Below, piece after piece: positions 28,460 to 38,909 of a DNA stretch of 64,000 bases. Source of the stretch: Deltaproteobacteria bacterium (GTDB taxonomy: Bacteria; Desulfobacterota; Deferrimicrobia; Deferrimicrobiales; Deferrimicrobiaceae). The translations under genes were made by a program, and so were the position numbers. Numbering within the stretch: position 1 is the stretch's first letter; each line of letters opens with the position of its first letter. The stretch spans positions 25,485 through 89,484 of the forward strand of contig JBLNEW010000027.1 in assembly GCA_050263095.1 (NCBI GenBank). The letters are read 5' to 3'. The notes beneath the pieces are model-generated. The model did no database searches. It was not told the DNA's origin and saw only the letters and a list, made by a program, of their open reading frames with translations.

Positions 28460-29710
28460 TTAATCCTTCGCGTGGCACTTGTTGCAAAGAACTCTCTGAT
28501 ATGCGCCAAAGCTGGATGCAGGGCGGTTATAGTATGCGGCATTTGCCTGCTCCTGGTTGCGGCCAATCGAGCTAGACGGCCAAAGCACGTTGCCGCCAGA
28601 TACAGTGGTAAGGAACTCGCTCTCACCGTACCAACGCAGCATTTCCGGGAATCCGGAGGCATGGGCGCGGTGGCAAGAAAGGCACATCACCTGGGCGCCT
28701 TGTGTGGGATAGGTCAAGTTTGAGTCATTGTCATTCGCAAAAGACTTGATCACATTGTATGAACCGGAGTTTACGGCGTACGGTACAAGCGAAAGATACG
28801 AGTTGTCGCTGGTGTTCGTCATTTTCCCCGAGCTCATATACGTCTGGTAGTTGCTTGCAAATGTGTTATTCAATGTTTGGTCGACCGGGTGGACGGTATT
28901 GCCCGAGCTGTGCATGCCCGCATGGCACGTCTTGCACCAATTGCCCCATGTGGTATTGCCGGCTGCGTTGCCGACTCCGTAGGAGACGCGCACCTGGTTG
29001 TCCGACTCATCGTGGTTATAGCTGCTGGGCGATATCGCCGCAGGAGCTCCAAGGTAGCCGATCGCGCCAGCCGCAGTCGTCGAGTACCCGGAGCCGGCAA
29101 GCAGACGATATGTACCTACGGCTGCTGTAGCAGTCGGAGCCGCTTTCGTCGTGGAGCCGGAGCCCATAATGGGATATCCCGTCTTGACGATAGTATCATC
29201 AACCAGCCTGCGGAACTGTCCGTGCTGATCATGGCAGGAATTGCAGTGAAGCGCGTTGGACTGGAATGACCCGCCGGGAGCCTGGGCGTTCGTGGCGTCG
29301 GCGGTCATACCATGGTCGACGGCAACGATGTTATGTCCGTGGCTGTCACCTGTTTCATTCGTCGTTTCGCCGTGCGCGGTGAAGGTGAAGGGAATGCGAA
29401 CCCACTGAAAATCTCCGCCCGGCGTATAATTGGCGGGTTTCCCGCCCAGGGCGATTCTGTCCGCATCGGTGGTGAGAATATGATAGCTGCTGGGCGTAGT
29501 AGCGCCCGCTACCATGTGGCAGTTAAGACAAGTGGAGCTTGGATCGCTGCCTTTCAGCAATAAAGTTCCGCTGCCTGCGGCGGGGGAATGCATGCTATGG
29601 CAGCCGGCGCAATCGGCAACGCCGCCCCCGTGAAATGCGTAAGTAGTGCCCGCCCCTAGCGCCAAAAAGGCCGCCGCAAGGATGATGACGCTTACTTTCA
29701 TCGCTTTCAT
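28460..29710 (-). CDS. OmcS-family hexahaem c-type cytochrome (candidate extracellular nanowire subunit)
   Basis: Signal peptide, then the mature N-terminus FHGGGVADCAGCHSMH. Six CxxCH motifs (CAGCH, CLNCH, CNSCH, CKTCH, CLSCH, CNKCH). Conserved blocks shared with Geobacter OmcS as I recall it: SSTCLNCH, PSSYHI, TPGGDF.WV, GHNIVA, LHC.SCHD.HG.FRR.VD, G.YR.L.G.GY, CLSCHRAHASGF, AAYY.R, F..YQR.LCNKCHAKD at the C-terminus. Thr/Ser/Gly/Ala-rich. Confidence 0.8.
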   Translation of the reverse strand: MKAMKVSVIILAAAFLALGAGTTYAFHGGGVADCAGCHSMHSPAAGSGTLLLKGSDPSSTCLNCHMVAGATTPSSYHILTTDADRIALGGKPANYTPGGDFQWVRIPFTFTAHGETTNETGDSHGHNIVAVDHGMTADATNAQAPGGSFQSNALHCNSCHDQHGQFRRLVDDTIVKTGYPIMGSGSTTKAAPTATAAVGTYRLLAGSGYSTTAAGAIGYLGAPAAISPSSYNHDESDNQVRVSYGVGNAAGNTTWGNWCKTCHAGMHSSGNTVHPVDQTLNNTFASNYQTYMSSGKMTNTSDNSYLSLVPYAVNSGSYNVIKSFANDNDSNLTYPTQGAQVMCLSCHRAHASGFPEMLRWYGESEFLTTVSGGNVLWPSSSIGRNQEQANAAYYNRPASSFGAYQRVLCNKCHAKD

Positions 29711-29942
29711 TTCCCCTCCTCTTTCGCTCCGGCAGCCCGGCCGTCCTTCCTTTCAGCCTATCCAGGACCCGTCGGCTTTGCGCCCCCACCTCTCGATGGG
29801 TTTACCCTTTTCGGAGGAGTGTCTTGGGTTGAATGCCGGTAACCACGCCCTCAATGACTCTTTCTCCTCTGAACGAGAATCTCGATTCCCCTGCAAGCCA
29901 CCCCCTCTCCCTCATGACATGGATTCCACTGCCTTCAATCAA

Positions 29943-30935
29943 TCAGTTCGCGGTAACGGAAAAAACGCTGACTCCAGCCTTCGGAGACTGCGTGACGTAG
30001 ACCTGTCCATTGTTCCCTAACGCTACGGACGCAGGAGCGATCAGGTTGCCGGGTGCGCTTCCCCTAAATCCAAACTCCGTGAGGAATTTGAAGTTTCGGT
30101 TGAAGACCATCACAACGCACTTCAACTTATCGGTCACAAAAATATTTCCGTCGTTATCCACCGCGATACCGGACACAACGCCGAACATTCCGGGGGCGCC
30201 GCCTGGCTTTCCGAAAGAAAATACTTTTCCCTCAGGGGAAACCTTGTATGCCTTGAAATTCACTGGCACCGTGAAGTAGAAGTTTTCTTCCCGGTCGACA
30301 TAGAAACCAAAAAATTCGGTATCGGGGCGCTCGTTCTCATCAACCCCGATAATCGCGCCGAAATTGAAACCCTTTTCGAAAACTCCCCTTTTATCCGTAA
30401 CTATCGCCGTCATCCCTCTCAAGTTGGCGAAAAAGAATCGCCCATTGCGGTAATACATGCAGTTCGGTCCATATTCGGAATATTCCGGGGGGAGGTTCGA
30501 TAACGTGATTTTTTCTATAAGTTTTCCCCGGTAATTACACCTGCAAAGGTAAAACCTGCGCTTCGCGATTCCTTCCGCGGAAGGGTAGTCGGAAGGGGGA
30601 TAATCATAGGAAAGCAGATAGATGTCGCCATCCTCGTCTACGACAATCCCGTAAATCCCGCCCAGTTCCTGCGTCTCAAGGAAAGAATAGATTTCCATGC
30701 CGCTTTCGTTGAAAATACGGACCGATCCCCCGTCGTCAACGTAGACCTCATTGTGTTGGCTATCGACGGAGACCCTCACCTGACTGTATGGAATAGTGCC
30801 GGAAAAATCAGAAAGTTTATAAAGATATCTGGCCGTGATTCCCGATTGAGCGATAGATGGAAATATCGAAAATATGAACGGGACCCACATAAGTGAAAGA
30901 AAAAGTCGAGTCGCATTATTTATAGCAGCATGCAT
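29943..30935 (-). CDS. Secreted NHL-like beta-propeller protein (first gene of the cluster)
   Basis: NHL-type units (GIVVDEDGDIYLL, GIAVDNDGNIFVTD, NNGQVYVTQ). Signal-like MHAAINNATRLFLSLMWVPFIFSIFPSIAQS. The listed ORF starts at 30977; the ATG at 30935 gives a cleaner signal peptide. Confidence 0.55.
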   Translation of the reverse strand: MHAAINNATRLFLSLMWVPFIFSIFPSIAQSGITARYLYKLSDFSGTIPYSQVRVSVDSQHNEVYVDDGGSVRIFNESGMEIYSFLETQELGGIYGIVVDEDGDIYLLSYDYPPSDYPSAEGIAKRRFYLCRCNYRGKLIEKITLSNLPPEYSEYGPNCMYYRNGRFFFANLRGMTAIVTDKRGVFEKGFNFGAIIGVDENERPDTEFFGFYVDREENFYFTVPVNFKAYKVSPEGKVFSFGKPGGAPGMFGVVSGIAVDNDGNIFVTDKLKCVVMVFNRNFKFLTEFGFRGSAPGNLIAPASVALGNNGQVYVTQSPKAGVSVFSVTAN

Positions 30936-31156
30936 GGCGTCGTATGATTCTGCAATGGACATGCCACAACTTAGCATGCAAAATAACCAGCAATATAAGC
31001 CATTTACGGCATTGAGAAACAGCAGAAAAGCATGAGTTGGTGGAAATCCTTATCTCCCCCGGGGAAATCACCAATTGTGTGAATGAAGCAGGTCAGGCAA
31101 GCGGAAAGCTTACTTCGCGTGCGTCAGGTAGAAGAATCGCACGTTAGAATGGGTAA

Positions 31157-31202
31157 TATCACCATATATTCATGGGTGTTATCACCATAGATCCATATGG
31201 AT
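31157..31202. promoter_or_regulatory. Candidate operator repeats in the divergent intergenic region
   Basis: Direct repeats TATCACCATA at 31157-31166 and 31180-31189 (23-nt phasing), immediately followed by the perfect 12-bp palindrome ATCCATATGGAT (31191-31202). An AT-rich 330-nt region between the NHL/OmcS cluster and the REC-PilZ gene. Confidence 0.35.
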
Positions 31203-31311
31203 AATTGAATCTGGTTTTATCCCGGAAGACCTAACTGTTCGATTTGAAACGTTGCTTGCTGACATTAAATGAATTGATTATTAAGGCATGTAAATTGCTC
31301 ATGGTTTAAGC

Positions 31312-31989
31312 ATGCCTGAAATGCCCAGTAATCGGGTTCTCATCGTCGACGACGATATGCTGATATGTTGGGCGCTCGACAAGGAGTTCGCAGGCCTGGG
31401 CCTTTCGACCCATGTCGTCGAAACGGGGGAGGATGCGCTGGCGGAGTTTCGGCGGCGTCCCTATGACATCGTCTTTCTCGATATCCATCTGCCCGATTCG
31501 AATGGAATAGATCTACTCGGAGAGTTCAACAGGATCGCGCCGGATGCGAAGATCATCATCATGAGCGGCGATGCCAGCGAATCGAACCGGCAACGGGCAT
31601 TGTCGGGCGGCGCTCTGCAGTTTCTCGAAAAACCGTTCGACCTGTCCGAAGTACATGGCATCCTCAACAGTACAAGCGGCGTATACGTGCAGAAACGGAA
31701 GCACCCGAGGCACATCTGCCGCGCTCCCCTCCGTATTTCCATCCTGGAACCCGCGCCTGAAGAAGCGCTATACGACCTTCATAACCTGAGCGCCCTGATC
31801 GCGGATGTCGGCTCGGGGGGCTTGAGACTCCGCACGGAATATCCGTTGAAAGTGGGACAAAACGTCCGGGCGTACGTCTCCGCCGGAAACGATCCGGTCC
31901 TTAAACTAGTCCCCTCGGAAGCCGACGCCGAGGTGGTGTGGGTGGCCCCATCCCAGGAGGGCATAACCGCAGGGCTGAAATTCCTGTAA
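31312..31989 (+). CDS. Response regulator with receiver domain fused to a PilZ (c-di-GMP-binding) domain
   Basis: Receiver domain (VLIVDDD...DIVFLDIHLPDSNG...IIMSG...KPF). C-terminal PilZ motifs RKHPR (RxxxR) and DVGSGGLRL (DxSxxG). Confidence 0.75.
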   Translation: MPEMPSNRVLIVDDDMLICWALDKEFAGLGLSTHVVETGEDALAEFRRRPYDIVFLDIHLPDSNGIDLLGEFNRIAPDAKIIIMSGDASESNRQRALSGGALQFLEKPFDLSEVHGILNSTSGVYVQKRKHPRHICRAPLRISILEPAPEEALYDLHNLSALIADVGSGGLRLRTEYPLKVGQNVRAYVSAGNDPVLKLVPSEADAEVVWVAPSQEGITAGLKFL

Positions 31990-31996
31990 TGCTGAT

Positions 31997-33384
<1,388 letters not shown>

Positions 33385-33388
<4 letters not shown>

Positions 33389-34839
33389 GCCTCTTGCTCT
33401 GCGGGCTTGATGCTCAAGGGGATCCTGATCCTGAAAACCGTGCCGACGGGTGTATTTGATCCTACCGAAATGGTTCCTCCGTGCTGCTCGACCAGCTGCT
33501 TCGAAATCGCCAGCCCCAGCCCGGTTCCCTTCGGTTTCGTGGTGAAAAACGGCTGGAATATCTGGTCGGCGTGCTCCCTGCTGATCCCCTTGCCCGTGTC
33601 GGAAATCTCTACGTGGATCAGATCGGGCCCCTTTTCGAAGTATGTCCTGACGCCGAGCGTCCCGCCGTTCGGCATGGCGTCGACGGCGTTCAGCACTATG
33701 TTCAGGAATATCTGCTGCAGCTGCATCGGATCCGCCATCGTTTCCGGAACGGGCTGAAGGTCCTTCGCGATGACCATGGCGTTGGGGCGTTCCGGCGCGG
33801 CCGTTCGGCTTTTCACGTAAAAGGCGAGAATGGTGTTAATGAGATTGTTGACGTTCAGCTCCGCAAGCCGCGGCTTGGCCGGCTTGGCGAAATTAAGGAA
33901 GTTCTTCATAAGGGATTCGAGCCGCACAACCTCCTGGCCGACCTTTTTCACGACGCCCCGATCTTCCTCCGACAACCCCGCTTCCTCGGACAGGACCTGC
34001 ATCGCCACCTTGATCCCCGCCAGCGGGTTCTTGATCTCGTGCGCCAGGCCCGCCGCCAGCTCGCCTACAACCACCAGCTGTTCCGTGCGCTGCATCTTGT
34101 GCATCTGCTCCTTGAGCGAACCGGCCATCTCGTTTATGGAGGACGCCAATTCCCCGAACTCGTCCTTCAAGCCTACCACTCGGTGGTCCAGGTCCCCACC
34201 TTTCAACTTCCTGGTGGATTCGACAAGCACCTTGACCGGTCGTGTCAGGCCCGTTATGAAGATAAACCCCAGCAGCGCCGAAACGAGCGGGCCGATCGCC
34301 ACTAGCCCGTAGAGGATGTATTTCGTCCGGGAGATCTGGTCCATCGCCTTTTGGGTGTTCTCAGCAAGCCGGGACGTGGTTATAGCGATCATGTCCTGGA
34401 CCTTGACTATCAGTTTGTCGCCGGTCCTGAATGCGGCGTCCTTTTCCGCGGAGAACCTGGAGGCGTTGGCCCTTATGGTCAACACCCTGCTCAGCTCGTC
34501 CTTATACTTTTCCGTCTCGGCCTTGAGATCCTTAAGCCGCTCCGTCCCGCGGGGCGAGTGGTGGCAGTCGAAACAGGTGTCGATGGTCCTGCCCATGTTC
34601 ATGACATTCATCACAACGGTTTCGAAGCTTCTCGAATAGCGCGTATCCATCAGGGTGAGGTCCGACTGCACCCGTTTGATCTGCAGAAGGTAGTGCTCTC
34701 TCAGGATTTCGACTTGATGGAGTGTTATCAACTTGTCCAGGTCGGCCGTGGCGGACCGGATCGTCTGGACGACATAAACTCCTGCCAGGAGGAATATGAC
34801 GGAATAAATGGACAGTCCGAGAACGATTTTTCTTTTCAT
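33385..34839 (-). CDS. Sensor histidine kinase with a periplasmic haem-c (CxxCH) sensor domain, HAMP, HisKA and HATPase
   Basis: Two transmembrane helices flank a periplasmic domain of about 150 aa containing CFDCHH. H-box ELAAGLAHEIKNPL. G-boxes DTGKGI, GTGLGL. Its ATG overlaps the stop of the upstream binding-protein gene (TGATG). Confidence 0.8.
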
Positions 34840-35747
34840 CAGTCGTTGGTGTAATCGTAGGAGGTCAGGTTCAGGTGTATGGCTTCGGCATACTTCACTA
34901 CGACGTCGTAATCCTCGTTCGTGGTCTCCGTGAACCTCAGCGCTCCCAAGCGTTCAAGCGCCTTTTTCCCTTCAGGGTCCGTGTGCATGCTCAGGAGGGC
35001 ATCCTTCAGCCGCATTCGCATCGGTTCATCTATGTCCTTGCGCAGGGCGATCGCGTTCTCCGGCACGTCGGGGGACCGTTCCAGGACCGACAGCTCATCC
35101 CGTATCCTTGGATGCTCCGCTGCCATCCGGTTGAAAACCGTGTTTTTCGCCGCTCCTATATCCGCCTTCTTGTTCAGCACGTCGTATATGGCGTCCTCGT
35201 GCGTGCCGGCGAAATAGGCCTCCTTGAGGTATACCTTGTAATCCGATATTCCGTGCCTGCGAAAGTATTCCAACGGAAGAAGATAGCCGGCGGTCGTCGC
35301 CTTGTCCACAAACGCGAAACGCTTTCCCCTCATGCCGCCGATATTCCTGATGCTGCTGTCTTTCCGAACTATGATCAGGCCATGATACGTGGAGGTATTA
35401 TCGTTAGCCACTGGCCGTGCGAGGACTTCCACGCCGAGCTTCGCGTGGGCAAGCGCATAGGTGAAGCTGCCGAAAAAGGCGCCGTCCAGCCCGGCCGATT
35501 TGAAGTTATCGATGATGTTCCCGTATCGCCGCAGGATCTTTAGCTTTACCTTCGCGCCTGTTTTCATGGAGAGATAACCGGCCAGCGGCTCGTATCGTTC
35601 GAGCTGGTTGAATATGTTCTGCTCGGGGATAAGCCCGATCAATAAAGTCTTTCGCGGAACCGTCTCGGATTTCGGGGGGGGCGCCTCCTGGGCGCACCCT
35701 GCCAGGACAAAAAAGCAAAGGAAAGCGGTAATCAGTCGTCGAATCAT
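34839..35747 (-). CDS. PhnD-like periplasmic substrate-binding lipoprotein (phosphonate/phosphite-binding family), probable sensor partner
   Basis: Lipobox LAGCAQ. PhnD/SsuA-type periplasmic-binding fold pattern (LLIGLIPEQN...YHGLIIVRKDS...FAFVD..TTAGYLLP). Co-operonic with the kinase and response regulator. Confidence 0.6.
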   Translation of the reverse strand: MIRRLITAFLCFFVLAGCAQEAPPPKSETVPRKTLLIGLIPEQNIFNQLERYEPLAGYLSMKTGAKVKLKILRRYGNIIDNFKSAGLDGAFFGSFTYALAHAKLGVEVLARPVANDNTSTYHGLIIVRKDSSIRNIGGMRGKRFAFVDKATTAGYLLPLEYFRRHGISDYKVYLKEAYFAGTHEDAIYDVLNKKADIGAAKNTVFNRMAAEHPRIRDELSVLERSPDVPENAIALRKDIDEPMRMRLKDALLSMHTDPEGKKALERLGALRFTETTNEDYDVVVKYAEAIHLNLTSYDYTND

Positions 35748-35796
35748 CCGGGGAAGGATACCACAATCCCTATTTGTCCGGCCATAACTGGAACTG

Positions 35797-36771
35797 TCAC
35801 AGCTTGGCGGAGACGATGCCTACCCCCCTCAGGTCGGGCTTGTCGGCGGCCACCTTGCGGAATCCGGCGGCCTGGAGCATCGCGGCGATCTCGCCGGCGG
35901 TGTAGGCCCTGCCGCCTTCGGTTACCGCCGCCATGTGGACCGAGAAGAATGCGGGTCCCGGCGGGGAGGTCCTGTTTTCTTCAAGCAGGAACTCCTGCAC
36001 GGCCACCCTGCCGTCCGGTGCCAGAGCCATTCGGGCCTTGCGCAGAAGGGCGCGGCACTCCTTTTCGGAAAAGGCGTGCAAAATCTGGGAGATCCAGATG
36101 AACTCGTACGGCCCGCCGAGCGCGTCTTTGAGGAAGTCCCCCTCCCGCAGCCGCACCAGGCGGGAAACCCCTTTCTCGCGAAGGATCTTCCGGGTTACGC
36201 GCAGTGTCTCCGGCGTGTCGAATACCGTTATTTCCGCGTAGGGATATCTCTTCGCCCACTCCACCGCGTAGGTGCCGGGGCCGCCCCCCAAATCCAGGAC
36301 CCGCTCGCCCTTGCCGATGGGAATGCCCGCAGCAACGAGGACAGCCCGCTCGCGGGCGTTGTCCTCCATCCCCCGGATGAAATTTTCCTGGTAACCGGCG
36401 CGGTCCGGTCCGCCTTTGCGCCCCCCGCGCACCTTCCTTTCGAGCCCTGACCACTCTCCCCAGCAGTCCAGGTGGTGAAGCAGGATGGACCGTTTCGATC
36501 GTGGCCCCGACGAAAGATATTCCAGGGCCAGTTGCGTGCCGCGGTACTTCTTCCCCTCTATTTCGAGCAGCCCCATCGCGACCAGCGCGTTCAGCAGGAT
36601 GGAGAGGTTGCCGGGCTCCGCCGAAACCCTGCGGGCCAGCGTCCGCGCATCCGCCGCGCCCCCCGCCAGCGCGGAAAACACATCGAGCCGCAGCGCCACG
36701 AACAGCGCCATCGACCGCTGATACCCGTGCGCCATCTCCATCAGGTCGTCCAGCGATTTCAACGGAATCAT
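35797..36771 (-). CDS. SAM-dependent O-methyltransferase (class I, family 2-like)
   Basis: VLDLGGGPGTYA glycine-rich SAM motif and an N-terminal dimerisation/winged-helix region. Confidence 0.65.
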   Translation of the reverse strand: MIPLKSLDDLMEMAHGYQRSMALFVALRLDVFSALAGGAADARTLARRVSAEPGNLSILLNALVAMGLLEIEGKKYRGTQLALEYLSSGPRSKRSILLHHLDCWGEWSGLERKVRGGRKGGPDRAGYQENFIRGMEDNARERAVLVAAGIPIGKGERVLDLGGGPGTYAVEWAKRYPYAEITVFDTPETLRVTRKILREKGVSRLVRLREGDFLKDALGGPYEFIWISQILHAFSEKECRALLRKARMALAPDGRVAVQEFLLEENRTSPPGPAFFSVHMAAVTEGGRAYTAGEIAAMLQAAGFRKVAADKPDLRGVGIVSAKL

Positions 36772-36784
36772 CCGATAGCTCCCT

Positions 36785-38185
36785 TCACAGCTTTCTCAGG
36801 CGGGCATGCCCGCCGCCGATGTCGACGATATCGTACCCGGCCTCGCGGATCTTTGCGCGGAGCGCGTCGGCTTCCGCGTAGTTTCCCGCCTTTCGGGCTG
36901 CCTCACGCCGAGCGGCGAGATCCGCCACTTCCATGGGAACCGGCGCCTCCGTACCTGTTGCGGAAGCGTCAAGCAGCCCCAATCCCAGCACACCATCCCA
37001 TTCAGAGGCGAGCTCCCGAAGCGTTTCTCCGGATAGCCCGGCGTGCGCGGCCTCGTGCAGCACTCCTACCGCCAGGGGAAGATTCAAGTCGTCCTCCACG
37101 GCTTCCCGGAACCGGCGCCTGAAGGACTCCGCGGCCTCGGGAGCCGCCACTCCGCCCGCGGCCGGCCTGCCCAGGGATTCCTTCAGCCGGGAAAACGCTC
37201 TCGCGGCCGCCGCCTGCCCCTCCCATGTGAAGTTCATCGGGGTCCGATAATTTAATGTGAGGCAGTAGTAGCGGAAGTCCATCGGGTAGACTCCGCGGGC
37301 CTCAAGATCGTCCAGCGTGTATTCGTTCTTGAGCGACTTGGACATCTTGTGCCCCTCCACCAGAAGGTGGGCCGCGTGCATCCACAGCGCGGCGAACCGC
37401 CCGCCCGTGGCCGTCATGGCCATCGCCCGCGAATTCTCGTGATGGGGGAAGCGAAGGTCGATCCCGCCGACGTGTATGTCGAACTCGGCCCCCAGGTACT
37501 TTACCGCCATCGCGGCGCATTCAACGTGCCATCCGGGCCACCCGCGCCCCCAGGGGCTGTCCCAGCTGAACTCCCTGCCCGGCTCGGCCGGAAGCCACAG
37601 CGTGAAGTCCTCGGGCCGCTTCTTGTGCGTGTGTATGGAGACGTCCGTTCGTGCAGCCGCCTCCCCCTCGCCGAGCTGCGCGCCCGACAGTTCTCCGTAC
37701 CCTTTCGCACGGGTCACGTCGAAGTAGACGTAATCGCCTTCCCTGTACGCAGCGCCCCTTCCCTCCAGCTCCCGCGCTATTGCGATCATCTCCGGGACGT
37801 GCGCCGACGCCCTAGGGTATTCGTCGGCCGGAAGGAAGTTCATGCGCCGGCAGTCCCGGAAAAACGCCCCGGTGAAGAATTCCGCGATCTCGCGCGCCGT
37901 CTTGCCCGCCGTCCTGGCGGCGGCGATCACCTTGTCCTCCAGTCGGTCCAGGGCCTCCTCGTGCATGTGCCCCATGTCGGTTATGTTCTGGACGGCGAAT
38001 GTGGAAATCCCTTCGAACCTGAGGGCGCGGACCAGCAGGTCGGTCAACAGGTAGGTGCGCAGATTTCCGATGTGGGCGTATCGGTAGACGGTCGGGCCGC
38101 AGGTATAGATACCCGCCCTTCCCGGGCGAAGCGGCTCGAAACGGATTTTCTTCCTCGAAGCGGTATCGTAAAGGGAGAGCGCCAC
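36785..38185 (-). CDS. cysS: Cysteinyl-tRNA synthetase
   Basis: CGPTVY zinc-site Cys, HIGN (HIGH motif), WHVECAAM, KMSKS. 466 aa. Confidence 0.85.
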   Translation of the reverse strand: MALSLYDTASRKKIRFEPLRPGRAGIYTCGPTVYRYAHIGNLRTYLLTDLLVRALRFEGISTFAVQNITDMGHMHEEALDRLEDKVIAAARTAGKTAREIAEFFTGAFFRDCRRMNFLPADEYPRASAHVPEMIAIARELEGRGAAYREGDYVYFDVTRAKGYGELSGAQLGEGEAAARTDVSIHTHKKRPEDFTLWLPAEPGREFSWDSPWGRGWPGWHVECAAMAVKYLGAEFDIHVGGIDLRFPHHENSRAMAMTATGGRFAALWMHAAHLLVEGHKMSKSLKNEYTLDDLEARGVYPMDFRYYCLTLNYRTPMNFTWEGQAAAARAFSRLKESLGRPAAGGVAAPEAAESFRRRFREAVEDDLNLPLAVGVLHEAAHAGLSGETLRELASEWDGVLGLGLLDASATGTEAPVPMEVADLAARREAARKAGNYAEADALRAKIREAGYDIVDIGGGHARLRKL

Positions 38186-38200
38186 GCTTCCCCCGGCCGG

Positions 38201-38398
38201 TCACATCTCCTGGTAGATCTCCTTCTCGATCTCCTCCTGGAGAAGCTTCACGTGCTTTTTTTCCTCAGCCGCGAGGAAAAGGAACATCTCGCGGATGGAG
38301 GGCTCCTCCGCCGTCTTGGCGTATTCGGTGTAGTCGCGGACCGCGTCCTTTTCCCTACCCAGCGCCAATTGGATGATCTCGATCGGAGTCTTCGGCAT
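38201..38398 (-). CDS. Small ferritin-like/rubrerythrin-fragment protein (65 aa)
   Basis: FLFLAAEEKKHVKLLQEEIEK (E..H diiron-site-like half motif). Paralogue of 40527..40724. Confidence 0.5.
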   Translation of the reverse strand: MPKTPIEIIQLALGREKDAVRDYTEYAKTAEEPSIREMFLFLAAEEKKHVKLLQEEIEKEIYQEM

Positions 38399-38431
38399 GG
38401 TTTCCTCCAGTGATGACTGTTCGTTGATGTA

Positions 38432-38902
38432 CTACAGCTCCTTAAGATACCCCTCGATCTTCGCGAGGTGTATTTTCTCCTCGCCTTCCAGCTCCGCGAA
38501 CAGCTCCTTCGTGTTCCTGTCCTCCACGACGACTGCGGCGCGGCCATAGAAATCGATGGCGTGCGATTCCGCCTTCCTGGCGATCAGGAGCCCCTTGCGG
38601 ACGGCTTCGAAACCGGCGGCGGCTTCCGCCTCCACGCCATCCTCCCACGCAAGCCTGTCCAGGTCGATCAGGTAGGGGAGATATTTCTCCTCCCAGCCCG
38701 CTTCGAACCGCGGGACGCCGAACTTGGCGGAGAGCTTCTTGATATGCCCCTCCTCCTCGCCGGCAAGAAAGGCGTACAGGTCTCCGGCGGGATATTTGGA
38801 ATGTCGGGAGGCGAGGCGCTCGTAGAATTTACGCGCCCTCTCCTCGTGTATGATCGCCACCTGGAGGATTTCGGTCTCGTTGAGGTCGATCATGCCTGCC
38901 AC
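38432..38902 (-). CDS. Rubrerythrin/ferritin-like diiron protein (no rubredoxin domain)
   Basis: Two E-x-x-H pairs (EEEGH, EGEEKIH) in a four-helix-bundle-type sequence. 156 aa. Confidence 0.6.
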   Translation of the reverse strand: MAGMIDLNETEILQVAIIHEERARKFYERLASRHSKYPAGDLYAFLAGEEEGHIKKLSAKFGVPRFEAGWEEKYLPYLIDLDRLAWEDGVEAEAAAGFEAVRKGLLIARKAESHAIDFYGRAAVVVEDRNTKELFAELEGEEKIHLAKIEGYLKEL

Positions 38903-38909
38903 GCCTCCA

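Noticed and set aside
31285-31298. Sigma-54-like promoter element GGCATgtaaaTTGCT (GG-N10-GC) upstream of the REC-PilZ gene
   Set aside because: The spacing matches the consensus, but the -12 element ends about 13 nt before the ATG at 31312. That leaves no room for a leader or ribosome-binding site unless the mRNA is leaderless. Not reportable without data.
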